Source of the DNA: Eubacteriales bacterium
GTDB taxonomy: Bacteria > Bacillota > Clostridia > Oscillospirales > CAG-272
DNA length: 59,472 nucleotides
NCBI GenBank assembly: GCA_045594745.1
Contig: JAZNZC010000001.1
Span: forward strand, 1-59,472
Direction of reading: 5' to 3'
Positions 8,783 to 17,638 of the stretch are shown here, piece after piece; the first letter of the stretch is position 1, and each line of letters starts with the position of its first letter. Under the pieces are notes generated by a model, which did no database searches, was not told the DNA's origin, and saw only the letters and a list, made by a program, of their open reading frames with translations. The position numbers and the translations under genes were made by a program.

Positions 8783-10975
8783 TTAATAGAGAGTAATTTC
8801 AAATTCGGGGTCATCGATATAATTGAAGTAGAAGGATCCCTCTAGGATGACTTCGCCGTCTTGCACTTCGGTAATGTTCACCTCAATGTAAGCGTAATCG
8901 GGGTCATCGCAAAGAGCATATTGGTATTGTGTTTCGGCTCCTTCTTCGCCCACCACGGTAAAGATAACGATAAGTTCGCCAAAGAAGTCATCGTAGGTGC
9001 AACGCAGATCAGAGATCTCTTCTTTTTTCGCAAGGTAAATCGGCAGAAGCTGCTCTACCATAGAGAAAGCCGATAGGAACTCTTCATCTGCATCAACCTC
9101 GTAAGTGGTGCCGTCAATGGCACTGTAGCCCTTGCCGTCAATCAACCATTGTTCCATATCAAGATCGCCTTGCACGATCCAAACGTATTTATCTTCACCG
9201 GACAAGCAATAATTCATCCAGAAGTCTTCTCCAAGATCACAAAACACGTCATACGCCTCGGCATTTTGCAGAGTTGTGCAGAGATCAACGTAAAGCGCGT
9301 AGATTTCATCCTCTGTTTTGGGGAGCTCAGGGGTGACTGTGTCATCGGGAATTTCATCAGCAGTGATGTATTCATCCGCATCCTCGGGCGGCAGAATTTC
9401 AACGGGCTCGCCGTAGCTGTTAATGGTATACATTACATAGGTCTCATTGGTTTGGTCAATTATGGAAACAACCTTTCCGTTCTCGTCAAAAATGACAGTT
9501 TCGCTAAAGAATTCGCCATCAACCTCCATCGAGATGATAAAGAAATAGCATTCCTCATAATAGTAAAGCTGTGCGTTGTCAACAAAGGAGTAATATTCAT
9601 CGGGCATTTCGCGAATAATGGAGTTGATGATTGTTTCAAAGGAGGAGAGGTCAAAAGCATCCTCTGCATCGCCATTCTCTTGCTTGATTTTTTGACCGTC
9701 AACATTTATATAAGCAGTCGAACCGATTACCCACATTTCCATCATTTCGGAGTCTGTTTCCATCAAAAAATACAAAGCATTCTCGCCCAGCTTAACTGCC
9801 GTAACAAAGTTGATGATCTCGTCATCAATATATTGCTGTGTTAGCACTTCAATATCAAAGGTAGTGCATTTAGGATATTCCTCAAGGAACTTGTTAAGCA
9901 GGTCTCTGCAAGTCATACCGTTGAGCGTATCCACGGGAACGGCACCTTCGGGAACATTGGAGTTATTGTTGCCGGGCAAAATATAGTCGTCGGCATCAGC
10001 GGGGGGCGCAATTTCTACGGGCTTGTTGTAGCTGTTAAAGATAAAGGTCGCATGCTCTGTTTCACTAAGGCCTTCTATGCGGATCAATTCTCCTGTGTTG
10101 TTGAAATAGTAACGTTCCGTTTCATCCTCACCGGTTTCGTCATCAGTTGTGTGGAGTGTTACGATGTAAACGCCGTCTAACAGATAAATGTTAGCATTGG
10201 CGGCATTCTCCAATTTTTCATCCGAAAACTTGGGCAATGCTTCTTTTTGGAAAGAGGAAATGAAATCTTCTCCCCAAATTTCTTCAATGCTTTCGGCAGG
10301 CTTTCTGAATTTTTGACCGCCCATGTTTGTGTAGCACATTCCGTCAACAAACCAGATATCAGCAGTCGTCTCGGCGGTTTGCATCGAGAGATAAAGATTG
10401 CCGTCATAAATTTTGAAGCAAACAGATTCGGTGGTTGTAACCCCATCCTCGGTGTTTTCCCTCGTGGCAGAAAAATCATAGCTCTCGGCAGCTGCAGAAT
10501 CGCTTACGAATTGCTCGAGCAGATCTGCGGCATTTTTGCCATTTACCGACTCAACGAAAACCGCGCCCTCGGGCTTGTCGGGGTCGTCGAGCTTGGAAAT
10601 TGAAGATGTTTCTGTTTCCTCGCAGTTTGAACAAGAACGAGTCTGTTCGCCTTCCTCCTTAATTGTGGGGGCTTTGGTTTCAACCCATTCTCCAAAAGAG
10701 TGACCTGTTGCAGCAATCTCTTCTTGAGGCACAAGGATTTTGCCGCAAGCAGAGCACTTTTTGCCCTCGGCAAGGCCGGTTTCTGTGCAGGAAGGGGCTA
10801 CCGCAGGAATCACTTCCTCGGTATGTACGTGGGGAGGAGTAGTCGGTTCCGGAGTGGTTTGCTCGGGAGTAGTTACAGCGGGTGTACTATGAGGTGTCTT
10901 GTCACACGCCGCAAATATCAGTAAGATACTGATCACCAAGCAAAGTAAGGTAGCAATTTTGAATGTTTTTTTCAT
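8783..10975 (-). CDS. Large acidic lipoprotein with Cys/His-rich module and internally repeated ~200-aa domains
   Basis: MKK signal with FAAC lipobox; HVHTEEVIPAVAPSCTETG...CSACG; repeats PEGAV.V...NG ... SY..PVEI.PP.DAD.YI; AAGGAG RBS. Confidence 0.8.
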   Translation of the reverse strand: MKKTFKIATLLCLVISILLIFAACDKTPHSTPAVTTPEQTTPEPTTPPHVHTEEVIPAVAPSCTETGLAEGKKCSACGKILVPQEEIAATGHSFGEWVETKAPTIKEEGEQTRSCSNCEETETSSISKLDDPDKPEGAVFVESVNGKNAADLLEQFVSDSAAAESYDFSATRENTEDGVTTTESVCFKIYDGNLYLSMQTAETTADIWFVDGMCYTNMGGQKFRKPAESIEEIWGEDFISSFQKEALPKFSDEKLENAANANIYLLDGVYIVTLHTTDDETGEDETERYYFNNTGELIRIEGLSETEHATFIFNSYNKPVEIAPPADADDYILPGNNNSNVPEGAVPVDTLNGMTCRDLLNKFLEEYPKCTTFDIEVLTQQYIDDEIINFVTAVKLGENALYFLMETDSEMMEMWVIGSTAYINVDGQKIKQENGDAEDAFDLSSFETIINSIIREMPDEYYSFVDNAQLYYYEECYFFIISMEVDGEFFSETVIFDENGKVVSIIDQTNETYVMYTINSYGEPVEILPPEDADEYITADEIPDDTVTPELPKTEDEIYALYVDLCTTLQNAEAYDVFCDLGEDFWMNYCLSGEDKYVWIVQGDLDMEQWLIDGKGYSAIDGTTYEVDADEEFLSAFSMVEQLLPIYLAKKEEISDLRCTYDDFFGELIVIFTVVGEEGAETQYQYALCDDPDYAYIEVNITEVQDGEVILEGSFYFNYIDDPEFEITLY

Positions 10976-11122
10976 TTTCGTTTTCTCCTTTTCTGTTGTT
11001 TTTTGTTTTTGGACCTCTACCTTAATAAACAAGAAATGTGATGTGAATATCACTCAAACACCGAAAAAACACAAAATTATTTTTTGGGGAATTGAGTGAT
11101 TACCGAGAGCCGATGCACATAC

Positions 11123-11151
11123 AGTGTAGCATATCACATAGCAAGTGTCAA
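11123..11151 (-). promoter_or_regulatory. Sigma-A promoter for the lipoprotein gene
   Basis: TTGACA-17-TACACT with TG extension on the minus strand. Confidence 0.6.
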
Positions 11152-11259
11152 TGTTTGAAAGCGTTTTATTTAATTGGGGATAACAAAAAGTTATTGGTAG
11201 ATAATGTGATATACTTTTTTACTTCGAGTGTTCCTTCTTTTTCATTCCCACTTTTTTGC

Positions 11260-11312
11260 AATATACCAAAACGGGATATTATAATTATACCATAATGGTA
11301 TAATAATGTCAA
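11260..11312. promoter_or_regulatory. Divergent promoter with two palindromic operators (copy 2)
   Basis: Near-identical to 8444-8496. Confidence 0.7.
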
Positions 11313-11339
11313 GAGGATTTTGAGAAAAAAGGAGAAAAA

Positions 11340-11543
11340 ATGGAATTTCGGCTCAAAGAATTGCGAAAAAAGAAGAAGATATCACAGCTTAAATTGGCGC
11401 TTGACCTAAATATGAATCAAAATACCATCTCTCGCTACGAAACAATGGAGCGCGAGGCAGATTACGAAACGCTGATAAAATTAGCAGACTATTTTGATGT
11501 TTCCATCGACTATTTGCTTGGCAGAGAAGAGAACAAAAAATAA
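11340..11543 (+). CDS. XRE-family HTH regulator (copy 2)
   Basis: One aa difference from copy 1 (G to D) and many synonymous differences. Confidence 0.92.
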   Translation: MEFRLKELRKKKKISQLKLALDLNMNQNTISRYETMEREADYETLIKLADYFDVSIDYLLGREENKK

Positions 11544-11582
11544 AAGGTTTTACCAATCGCAGGATCGGTAAAACCTTTTTGT
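11542..11582. terminator. Bidirectional terminator (copy 2), also ends ygiQ
   Basis: aaaaggttttacc...ggtaaaacctttt. Confidence 0.8.
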
Positions 11583-13552
11583 TATCTCTTTCTCTTTGCC
11601 TGTCCGCTTTTTTTGGTTGTCGGCTTGTTGGTAGAACGTGTGCCGCTTTTTGCACCACGTGTGGCACCTTTTGCGCCTTTTGCGTCTTTTTGGGGTGCTT
11701 TTTTGCTGTCTCTTTGTGGTGCGTTTGGCTTTTTGCCACTATCTCTCTTTGGAGCGTGCGTGTTCGCGGGGCGAACAAGACAATCGGGCGTGTGACCGAT
11801 GAGGTCGGTGCGTCCTGCTTTTGTCAGCGCTTCGCGCACAAGGTCAGCATTTTGCGGGCGGTTGTATTGCAACAGCGCACGTTGCAGTTGCTTTTCGTGG
11901 TAGTCGGTGGCAACGTAAACAGGCTTCATCGTCAAGGGATTGATGCCCGTGTAATACATCACCGTCGACGCCGTTCCCGGGGTGGGGTAGTAGTCCTGCA
12001 CCTGCTCGGGAGCGTAGCCGTTCTTCTTCAGGCAAACGGCAAGCTCAATGGCATCATTCAGCGTTGAGCCCGGGTGGCTGGACATCAGATAGGGAACAAG
12101 ATATTGCTCTTTTCCAATCTCGTGGGTGATGTCGAAAAACTTCTTGCGGAACTTTTCATAGACCTCAAAATTGGGTTTTCCCATACAGGAAAGCACCGCC
12201 GACGAGCAATGCTCGGGCGCGACCTTGAGCTGACCGCTGACGTTATCTTTGACAAGCTTGCGGAAGAACGCATCGTTTTTATCCTCGAGCAGGTAGTCAA
12301 AGCGGATGCCGCTGCGAATGAACACCTTTTTGATGCGCGGCAGAGCCTCGATCTCTTCGATCAGGTGTTGATATTCGGTGTGGTCGACCTCAAGATTGGG
12401 GCAGGGCTTGGGAGCAAGACATTTGCGTGTTGCACAAACGCCGTCCTTGAGCTGTTTTTTGCAGGCGGGGTAGCGGAAATTGGCAGTCGGGCCGCCAACG
12501 TCGTGGATGTAGCCCTTAAAATCGGGGAGCGCGGTGATCTTTCTTGCTTCCTCAATGACACTCTGCACACTGCGCGAGCGAACGGTTCTGCCTTGATGGA
12601 AGGCGAGGGCGCAGAAGTTGCATCCACCAAAGCAACCGCGGTTGTGCGTAATCGAGAATTTGACCTCTTCGATGCCGGGCACACCGCCTTTTTCCTTGTA
12701 CGTAGGATGATAATCGCGCATATATGGCAGGGCATACACGCGATCGAGCTCGGAACGTTCAAGAGGGGGCATCGGCGGATTTTGTACCAACATCTTGCCG
12801 TCGTAAAGCTCGCAAATTGCGCGACCGTTGATGGCATCTTGATTTTTGTATTGCACGCCAAAAGCCTCGGCGTACTTGCGTTTGTCGTTTTTGAGTTCGT
12901 TATAATCAAAGGTTGCGGCCACGTCGTAGTGGACAGCATCCTCGGGTTTGCAAAGGTAAACGGTTCCCCGCACGTCGCGGATCTTTTTGATCGGCACACC
13001 GCGGGAGAGTAGCTCCGCGATGCGCAAAAGGATATTTTCCCCCATACCGTATGTGAGAATATCGGCGGTACTATCCACAAGAACCGAGCGGCGCACCTTG
13101 TTATCCCAATAGTCGTAGTGGGCAAAGCGACGGAGAGAGGCTTCAAGACCGCCAATGATGATCGGCACGTCGCCGTACGCTTCGCGGATGCGGTTGGAGT
13201 AGACGATGACAGCGCGGTCGGGGCGTTTTCCCATCTCGCCGCCGGGGGAGTAATAGTCAAAGCTGCGGCGTTTTTTAGAGGCGGTGTAATGTGCCACCAT
13301 ACTGTCGATATTGCCGGACGTTACAAGAAAACCGAGGCGCGGACGGCCGTATTCGCGAAAGGCGTCACAGCTTTTGTAATCGGGTTGCGAGAGGATAGCA
13401 ACGCGATAGCCCGCGGCTTCGAGGACGCGAGAGATGATGGCAACGCCAAAGGACGGATGATCGACATAAGCGTCACCCGTAACGTAAACAAAATCAGGTT
13501 TATCCCAGCTGCGCGCCACCATATCCGCGCGAGAGAGTGGTAGAAAGTTCAT
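11582..13552 (-). CDS. ygiQ: YgiQ-family radical SAM protein
   Basis: GDAYVDHPSFG, RGCFGGCNFC, SGIRFD, QVQDYYPTP. Confidence 0.92.
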   Translation of the reverse strand: MNFLPLSRADMVARSWDKPDFVYVTGDAYVDHPSFGVAIISRVLEAAGYRVAILSQPDYKSCDAFREYGRPRLGFLVTSGNIDSMVAHYTASKKRRSFDYYSPGGEMGKRPDRAVIVYSNRIREAYGDVPIIIGGLEASLRRFAHYDYWDNKVRRSVLVDSTADILTYGMGENILLRIAELLSRGVPIKKIRDVRGTVYLCKPEDAVHYDVAATFDYNELKNDKRKYAEAFGVQYKNQDAINGRAICELYDGKMLVQNPPMPPLERSELDRVYALPYMRDYHPTYKEKGGVPGIEEVKFSITHNRGCFGGCNFCALAFHQGRTVRSRSVQSVIEEARKITALPDFKGYIHDVGGPTANFRYPACKKQLKDGVCATRKCLAPKPCPNLEVDHTEYQHLIEEIEALPRIKKVFIRSGIRFDYLLEDKNDAFFRKLVKDNVSGQLKVAPEHCSSAVLSCMGKPNFEVYEKFRKKFFDITHEIGKEQYLVPYLMSSHPGSTLNDAIELAVCLKKNGYAPEQVQDYYPTPGTASTVMYYTGINPLTMKPVYVATDYHEKQLQRALLQYNRPQNADLVREALTKAGRTDLIGHTPDCLVRPANTHAPKRDSGKKPNAPQRDSKKAPQKDAKGAKGATRGAKSGTRSTNKPTTKKSGQAKRKR

Positions 13553-13592
13553 TTTGGTTCCTCTCTTAAAAGTTTTAGTGTCTTTGTTAGAA

Positions 13593-13907
13593 AAGTTTTC
13601 GTCCACCTTTTTCAAAAGGTGGCGGGGTGGAGGGGCAGCGCCCTCCGTTTGCGGCGTTTTTCTTTTTGCTAACTTTTTCTTTTGCGCCTACGATGCCAAA
13701 AGAAAAAGTGGCTAACAGTTTTTTGAGTGCGAACGACGTGTTTGTTTTCATAAACTCCATAGTCGGTTTTTCTTTGCAAAGTGGAGGCGCAAAGAAAAAC
13801 CTATTAAAAAGAAACGCCGAGGCTTTGTTTCGCCCCGTGCGCGAGGCGACAAGGGCTGCGCGCCCTTGATGGCGGAAACTTTTTGAAAAAAGTTTCATCA
13901 AAAACTT
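13593..13907. repeat. Palindromic MITE-like intergenic element (inverted dimer)
   Basis: Left half (aagttttcgtccaccttttt-caaaaggtgg; ttttctttt-gcgcct..aaaagaaaaa) mirrors right half in reverse complement. Confidence 0.6.
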
Positions 13908-13937
13908 GCTAACGGTGCGCGAAAAGTTTGAGCAGCG

Positions 13938-14708
13938 TCACTCGCCGTCCTCTTCCTCATACGCCTTAATGCCTTGCATGCCGGGGGTGAGCTTAAAACC
14001 GTCGATCTCGCCGCGTTGCATCGCTCCGAAGATGCGATAGCGCAAGCCGTTGTGCTCGCGGTCAAGCTTTGCGAGGAGCTGCTTCATCTCCTCGCGCTGC
14101 GTGTTTCCGTCGGCAGGGCAGGGAGATTTGATTACAGGCAAGTCCACCTTGTTTGCAAAGTAACGTACCTCTTTTTCGGGCATATAGATCATTGGGCGAA
14201 TGAGTGTGATGTCCATTCGCGATAAGTATGTCACAGGCGAGAAGCATCCCAAACGTCCCTCAAAAAAGAGATTGAGCATAAAGGTCTCCACGGCATCGTC
14301 AAAATGATGTCCGAGCGCTACCACGTTGCATCCGAGATCCTTTGCTGCGCGATGGAGCGCACCGCGGCGCATCTTGGCGCAAAGAGAGCAAGGCGATTTC
14401 TCCTGACGAATGTCAAAAATGATTTTTGCAATCTCGGTCTTGGTGATGTGATAGGGAACGTTCAACTCGTCGCACAGCTTTTGGATGGGGGCAAAATCCA
14501 TTCCACCCTCAAAACCCATATCCACGGTGATGGCAATCAGCTCAAAAGGAACGGGATAAAAGCGGCGAAGCTCCGCCATGGCGCACAAAAGCGTGAGCGA
14601 ATCCTTTCCGGCGGAAACCCCCACAGCGATCTTATCACCCGGACGGATCATTCCATAATCATCCAAAGCTCTGCGCGTATAACTTAAAATTCGTTTGATA
14701 TGTTCCAT
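13938..14708 (-). CDS. ttcA: tRNA 2-thiocytidine biosynthesis protein (PP-loop)
   Basis: SAGKDS, CSLCAKMRRG, GHHFDD, IRPM; GGAG RBS. Confidence 0.85.
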   Translation of the reverse strand: MEHIKRILSYTRRALDDYGMIRPGDKIAVGVSAGKDSLTLLCAMAELRRFYPVPFELIAITVDMGFEGGMDFAPIQKLCDELNVPYHITKTEIAKIIFDIRQEKSPCSLCAKMRRGALHRAAKDLGCNVVALGHHFDDAVETFMLNLFFEGRLGCFSPVTYLSRMDITLIRPMIYMPEKEVRYFANKVDLPVIKSPCPADGNTQREEMKQLLAKLDREHNGLRYRIFGAMQRGEIDGFKLTPGMQGIKAYEEEDGE

Positions 14709-14720
14709 TTCTCCAACAGG

Positions 14721-14751
14721 CAAAAAGAGAACCTTGGCGGTTCTCTTTTTG
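14721..14751. terminator. Intrinsic terminator
   Basis: caaaaagagaacc-ttggc-ggttctctttttg. Confidence 0.75.
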
Positions 14752-14768
14752 CTTACCCTTTGCTGTTA

Positions 14769-14960
14769 TTAAGCTTCTTCAACAACCTCTTCTGCTGCCT
14801 CTTCAATGAGGTCATCTGCTTGGGGCTCTTCGTCGTTGTCGATGTCAACTGTCAGCTTTCTGATTGCTCTGAGCTCAAAAGCTACGCCTGCAACAAAAGC
14901 GGCAACTGCGGTAACGGCTACGGATGCGATGATCCACTTTGCAATGGTTTTCTTTTCCAT
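14769..14960 (-). CDS. Small single-TM protein with acidic tail
   Basis: AAGGAG RBS; hydrophobic N-terminus; followed by terminator. Confidence 0.7.
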   Translation of the reverse strand: MEKKTIAKWIIASVAVTAVAAFVAGVAFELRAIRKLTVDIDNDEEPQADDLIEEAAEEVVEEA

Positions 14961-15038
14961 GGTTCTGTTCTCCTTTTATGTTTGATTTATTTTCATTTAA
15001 TAGCGTTCAATGTTCAGTTTTTGCAGCAATGGGGGAAT

Positions 15039-15833
15039 TTAATCATCAAAGCTGCAAGTCTCATATATCTTTTGTGCCGAGGGTGTCAAGCGGCGCACCT
15101 TTTCGTCTTCTTTTCGTGCTTCATAAAGGATGAGCGGCTTTGATACGCGCACCGACGGAGCACCGCCCTTTATGGCTTCGATCAGCACACTGCAAGGCTC
15201 GCTCTGGGCATCGGCATAAACGAACGTCATTCGCTTGGGCTCGAGCCTGTGGTCGTGCATTGCACAGAGCAGATCGGTCAGGCGGTCCGGACGCCAGACG
15301 CATACGAATTTTCCGCCGTGCTTGAGAAGTCGCGCGGCACACGCACAAAAGTCGGCAATGTTTCCGCAAACCTCGTGGCGGGCTATGTATTTTTCGTCGC
15401 TCTCATTTCGTTTGCCCGATGTGCATTTCATATAGGGCGGATTGGAGATCACCAAGCCGCCCTCGCCGCCGATACTTTCGGGGCGCACATCGCGCACGTC
15501 AGCACAAAGAGGTGTGATGTGATCGGAAAAGCTGTTGACTGCGGCATTTCGCGCGATCAACTCTGCAAATGCAGGCTGAACCTCAACTGCGGTAGCACAT
15601 TTGATCTTTCCCTTTGCCAAAAGCAAGAGGGGAAGGATGCCCGTGCCGCTGCCAAGATCGACCATGTGCGCCTTTGGCGCAGATTTTACAAATGCCGCGA
15701 GCAGGAACGCGTCGGTCCCAAACGTCAAACCGTTCTTTTTTTGAATCAGTCGGATCTCTTCGTTCACCGTGTCGAATCGTTCATCATCGGCAAGACGGAT
15801 GTCGAAGAGGGGGGAGGTGGAAAGATCTGTCAT
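15039..15833 (-). CDS. SAM-dependent methyltransferase, tRNA1(Val) m6A37 (YabB-like)
   Basis: FGTDAFLLA, VDLGSGTG, SNPPY, IARHE. Confidence 0.88.
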   Translation of the reverse strand: MTDLSTSPLFDIRLADDERFDTVNEEIRLIQKKNGLTFGTDAFLLAAFVKSAPKAHMVDLGSGTGILPLLLLAKGKIKCATAVEVQPAFAELIARNAAVNSFSDHITPLCADVRDVRPESIGGEGGLVISNPPYMKCTSGKRNESDEKYIARHEVCGNIADFCACAARLLKHGGKFVCVWRPDRLTDLLCAMHDHRLEPKRMTFVYADAQSEPCSVLIEAIKGGAPSVRVSKPLILYEARKEDEKVRRLTPSAQKIYETCSFDD

Positions 15834-15917
15834 GCTCCGACTCCTTTAGAGAATTGGAAGAGCGAAGAGGAACGGTAGAGAGTACCGCCCGCTTCGCTCT
15901 TAGGTAGCAAAGATGTA

Positions 15918-16088
15918 TTATGCTTCCTGGGGAGCGCCAACAGGGCAAGCCTCAGCACAAGCACCGCAAGATACGCAGGTATCTGCATCGATCTCATACT
16001 TGCCGTCACCTTCGGTGATGCAGCCCATAGGGCAAGCCTCAACGCAAGCGCCGCATGCTACGCAATCGTCACTGATCTTGTATGCCAT
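15918..16088 (-). CDS. Clostridial 2[4Fe-4S] ferredoxin, 56 aa (below ORF-track cutoff)
   Basis: Hand translation MAYKISDDCVACGACVEACPMGCITEGDGKYEIDADTCVSCGACAEACPVGAPQEA; two CxxCxxCxxxCP; AGGAGG RBS. Confidence 0.95.
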   Translation of the reverse strand: MAYKISDDCVACGACVEACPMGCITEGDGKYEIDADTCVSCGACAEACPVGAPQEA

Positions 16089-16224
16089 ACTATTTTCCTC
16101 CTGTTATATTTGGGATACTTATATTGTATCACAATTTTTTGTTTTTGCAACTGTTTTTTGATATTTTTTTCAAAAAAATATTAGAAATCGAAAAAACGGG
16201 GATTTTGTCGAAAAAAAGAGTGCA

Positions 16225-17598
16225 TCAATCTTCCTTTTCTTCCGCTTTTTCGGCGTTTTTGGGGGCTTTGCCCAGGGGTGTGACCTCACTGCGATGATAT
16301 TGCTTGGGCGGCGTGTCGGGGGAATCCTTGAAAATAACGCGGATCGTGCCTGCCAAGGGATTGGTGGAAATGACCGTTCCCACGCCGTCCTCGGTTTTGA
16401 CGAGCGAATCGATAGCAGGCGTGCGACGGATCTCCTCGGCGTAGGTTTCGGATTCAAAGTGCAAGCAGCACATAAGTCTGCCGCACATACCCGAAATTTT
16501 TGCCGAGTTGAGCGAGAGTCCTTGCTCTTTTGCCATTTTAATGGATACCTGTGCAAAATCGGGCAAGAAGGTGGAGCAGCACAGCATACGGCCGCAAGAG
16601 CCGATACCGCCAAGCATCTTGGCTTCATCACGGATGCCGATCTGACGCAGCTCAATGCGTGTGCGGAATACCGATGCCAGATCCTTGACAAGCTCGCGGA
16701 AGTCGACGCGGCCCTCGGACGAGAAATAGAAGAGCAGCTTGGAGTTATCGAACGCGTATTGCACGTCGATAAGCTTCATATCCAGTTTATGCGCCTCGAT
16801 CTTTTGTTGACAAACGACAAGGGCATTTTTTTCCTTTTCGCGGTTCTCGGCGTTGTGCTCCACATCGGCGGGAGTAGCTACGCGAATCAGAGGACGCAGA
16901 GGGGTAACGGTCTCACTGACGTTGACCATTGTGTTCTCGAGGCTGACCTCGCCAAATTCGGGTCCTCTTGCCGTTTCGACAATGGCAAACTCGCCCTTTT
17001 TGATCTTTTGACCGCGCGGATCAAAGTAATAGACCTTGCCCGCAGAGCGGAAACGGATGCCGATGACCTCGACCTTTTCCTCACTTTCGTCGGAAGCAAT
17101 GGTAGAGGTGGCTACGGGAGAAGCAAAGAGCTCTTCGTCGCTCAACTGCGGCATAGGTTCATCATTCTTTTCGGGTTCCTTCTCGATGGGAGCGGCGGTA
17201 GCTGCAGCGGAATTGAGCACGATCTTTGCACGCCATTCGGCAAGCTCTTTTTCTTCCTTGGTATCGCCGTAGATATCATCCTTTTGCTGGATGCGGTCTG
17301 GCTGCTTTTTGGCATCCCTTTGATGGCGCCCCGAACGGTTTCTGTTGTCATTCTTTTTGTCTTTTGCGGGAGCGTTTTTTGATGCCGTAGGTGCGTTTTT
17401 CTCGCTTTTTTGAGGGGCATCTTCGCCTTTTTGCGCGTTTTCGGCGGCAGCCGCTGCGGCAGCCGCCGCGCGTTGCTTCTTTTCCTGGTGCTTCTTGCCG
17501 CCGCGATGTCCTCTGCGACGGCGGTTTTTATTTTCACCGCCCGAGGCTTGGTTGCCTTGTGCGTTTTGCGCGGGGGCGGTCTTGTTATTGTCTTCCAT
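16225..17598 (-). CDS. ricT: RicT/YaaT (PSP1) family protein with long disordered N-terminus
   Basis: GRVDFRELVKDLA, RIELRQIGIRDEAK, GSCGRMLCC, SGMCGRLMCCL. Confidence 0.9.
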   Translation of the reverse strand: MEDNNKTAPAQNAQGNQASGGENKNRRRRGHRGGKKHQEKKQRAAAAAAAAAENAQKGEDAPQKSEKNAPTASKNAPAKDKKNDNRNRSGRHQRDAKKQPDRIQQKDDIYGDTKEEKELAEWRAKIVLNSAAATAAPIEKEPEKNDEPMPQLSDEELFASPVATSTIASDESEEKVEVIGIRFRSAGKVYYFDPRGQKIKKGEFAIVETARGPEFGEVSLENTMVNVSETVTPLRPLIRVATPADVEHNAENREKEKNALVVCQQKIEAHKLDMKLIDVQYAFDNSKLLFYFSSEGRVDFRELVKDLASVFRTRIELRQIGIRDEAKMLGGIGSCGRMLCCSTFLPDFAQVSIKMAKEQGLSLNSAKISGMCGRLMCCLHFESETYAEEIRRTPAIDSLVKTEDGVGTVISTNPLAGTIRVIFKDSPDTPPKQYHRSEVTPLGKAPKNAEKAEEKED

Positions 17599-17638
17599 AT
17601 TGTTTCCTTTCTCCCCAAGGTTGGGGAACGTGTATCAC

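Noticed and set aside
8522-11543. XRE duplication as an assembly artefact or prophage remnant
   Set aside because: Copies differ at many synonymous sites, so the duplication is real and old; no phage genes are adjacent.
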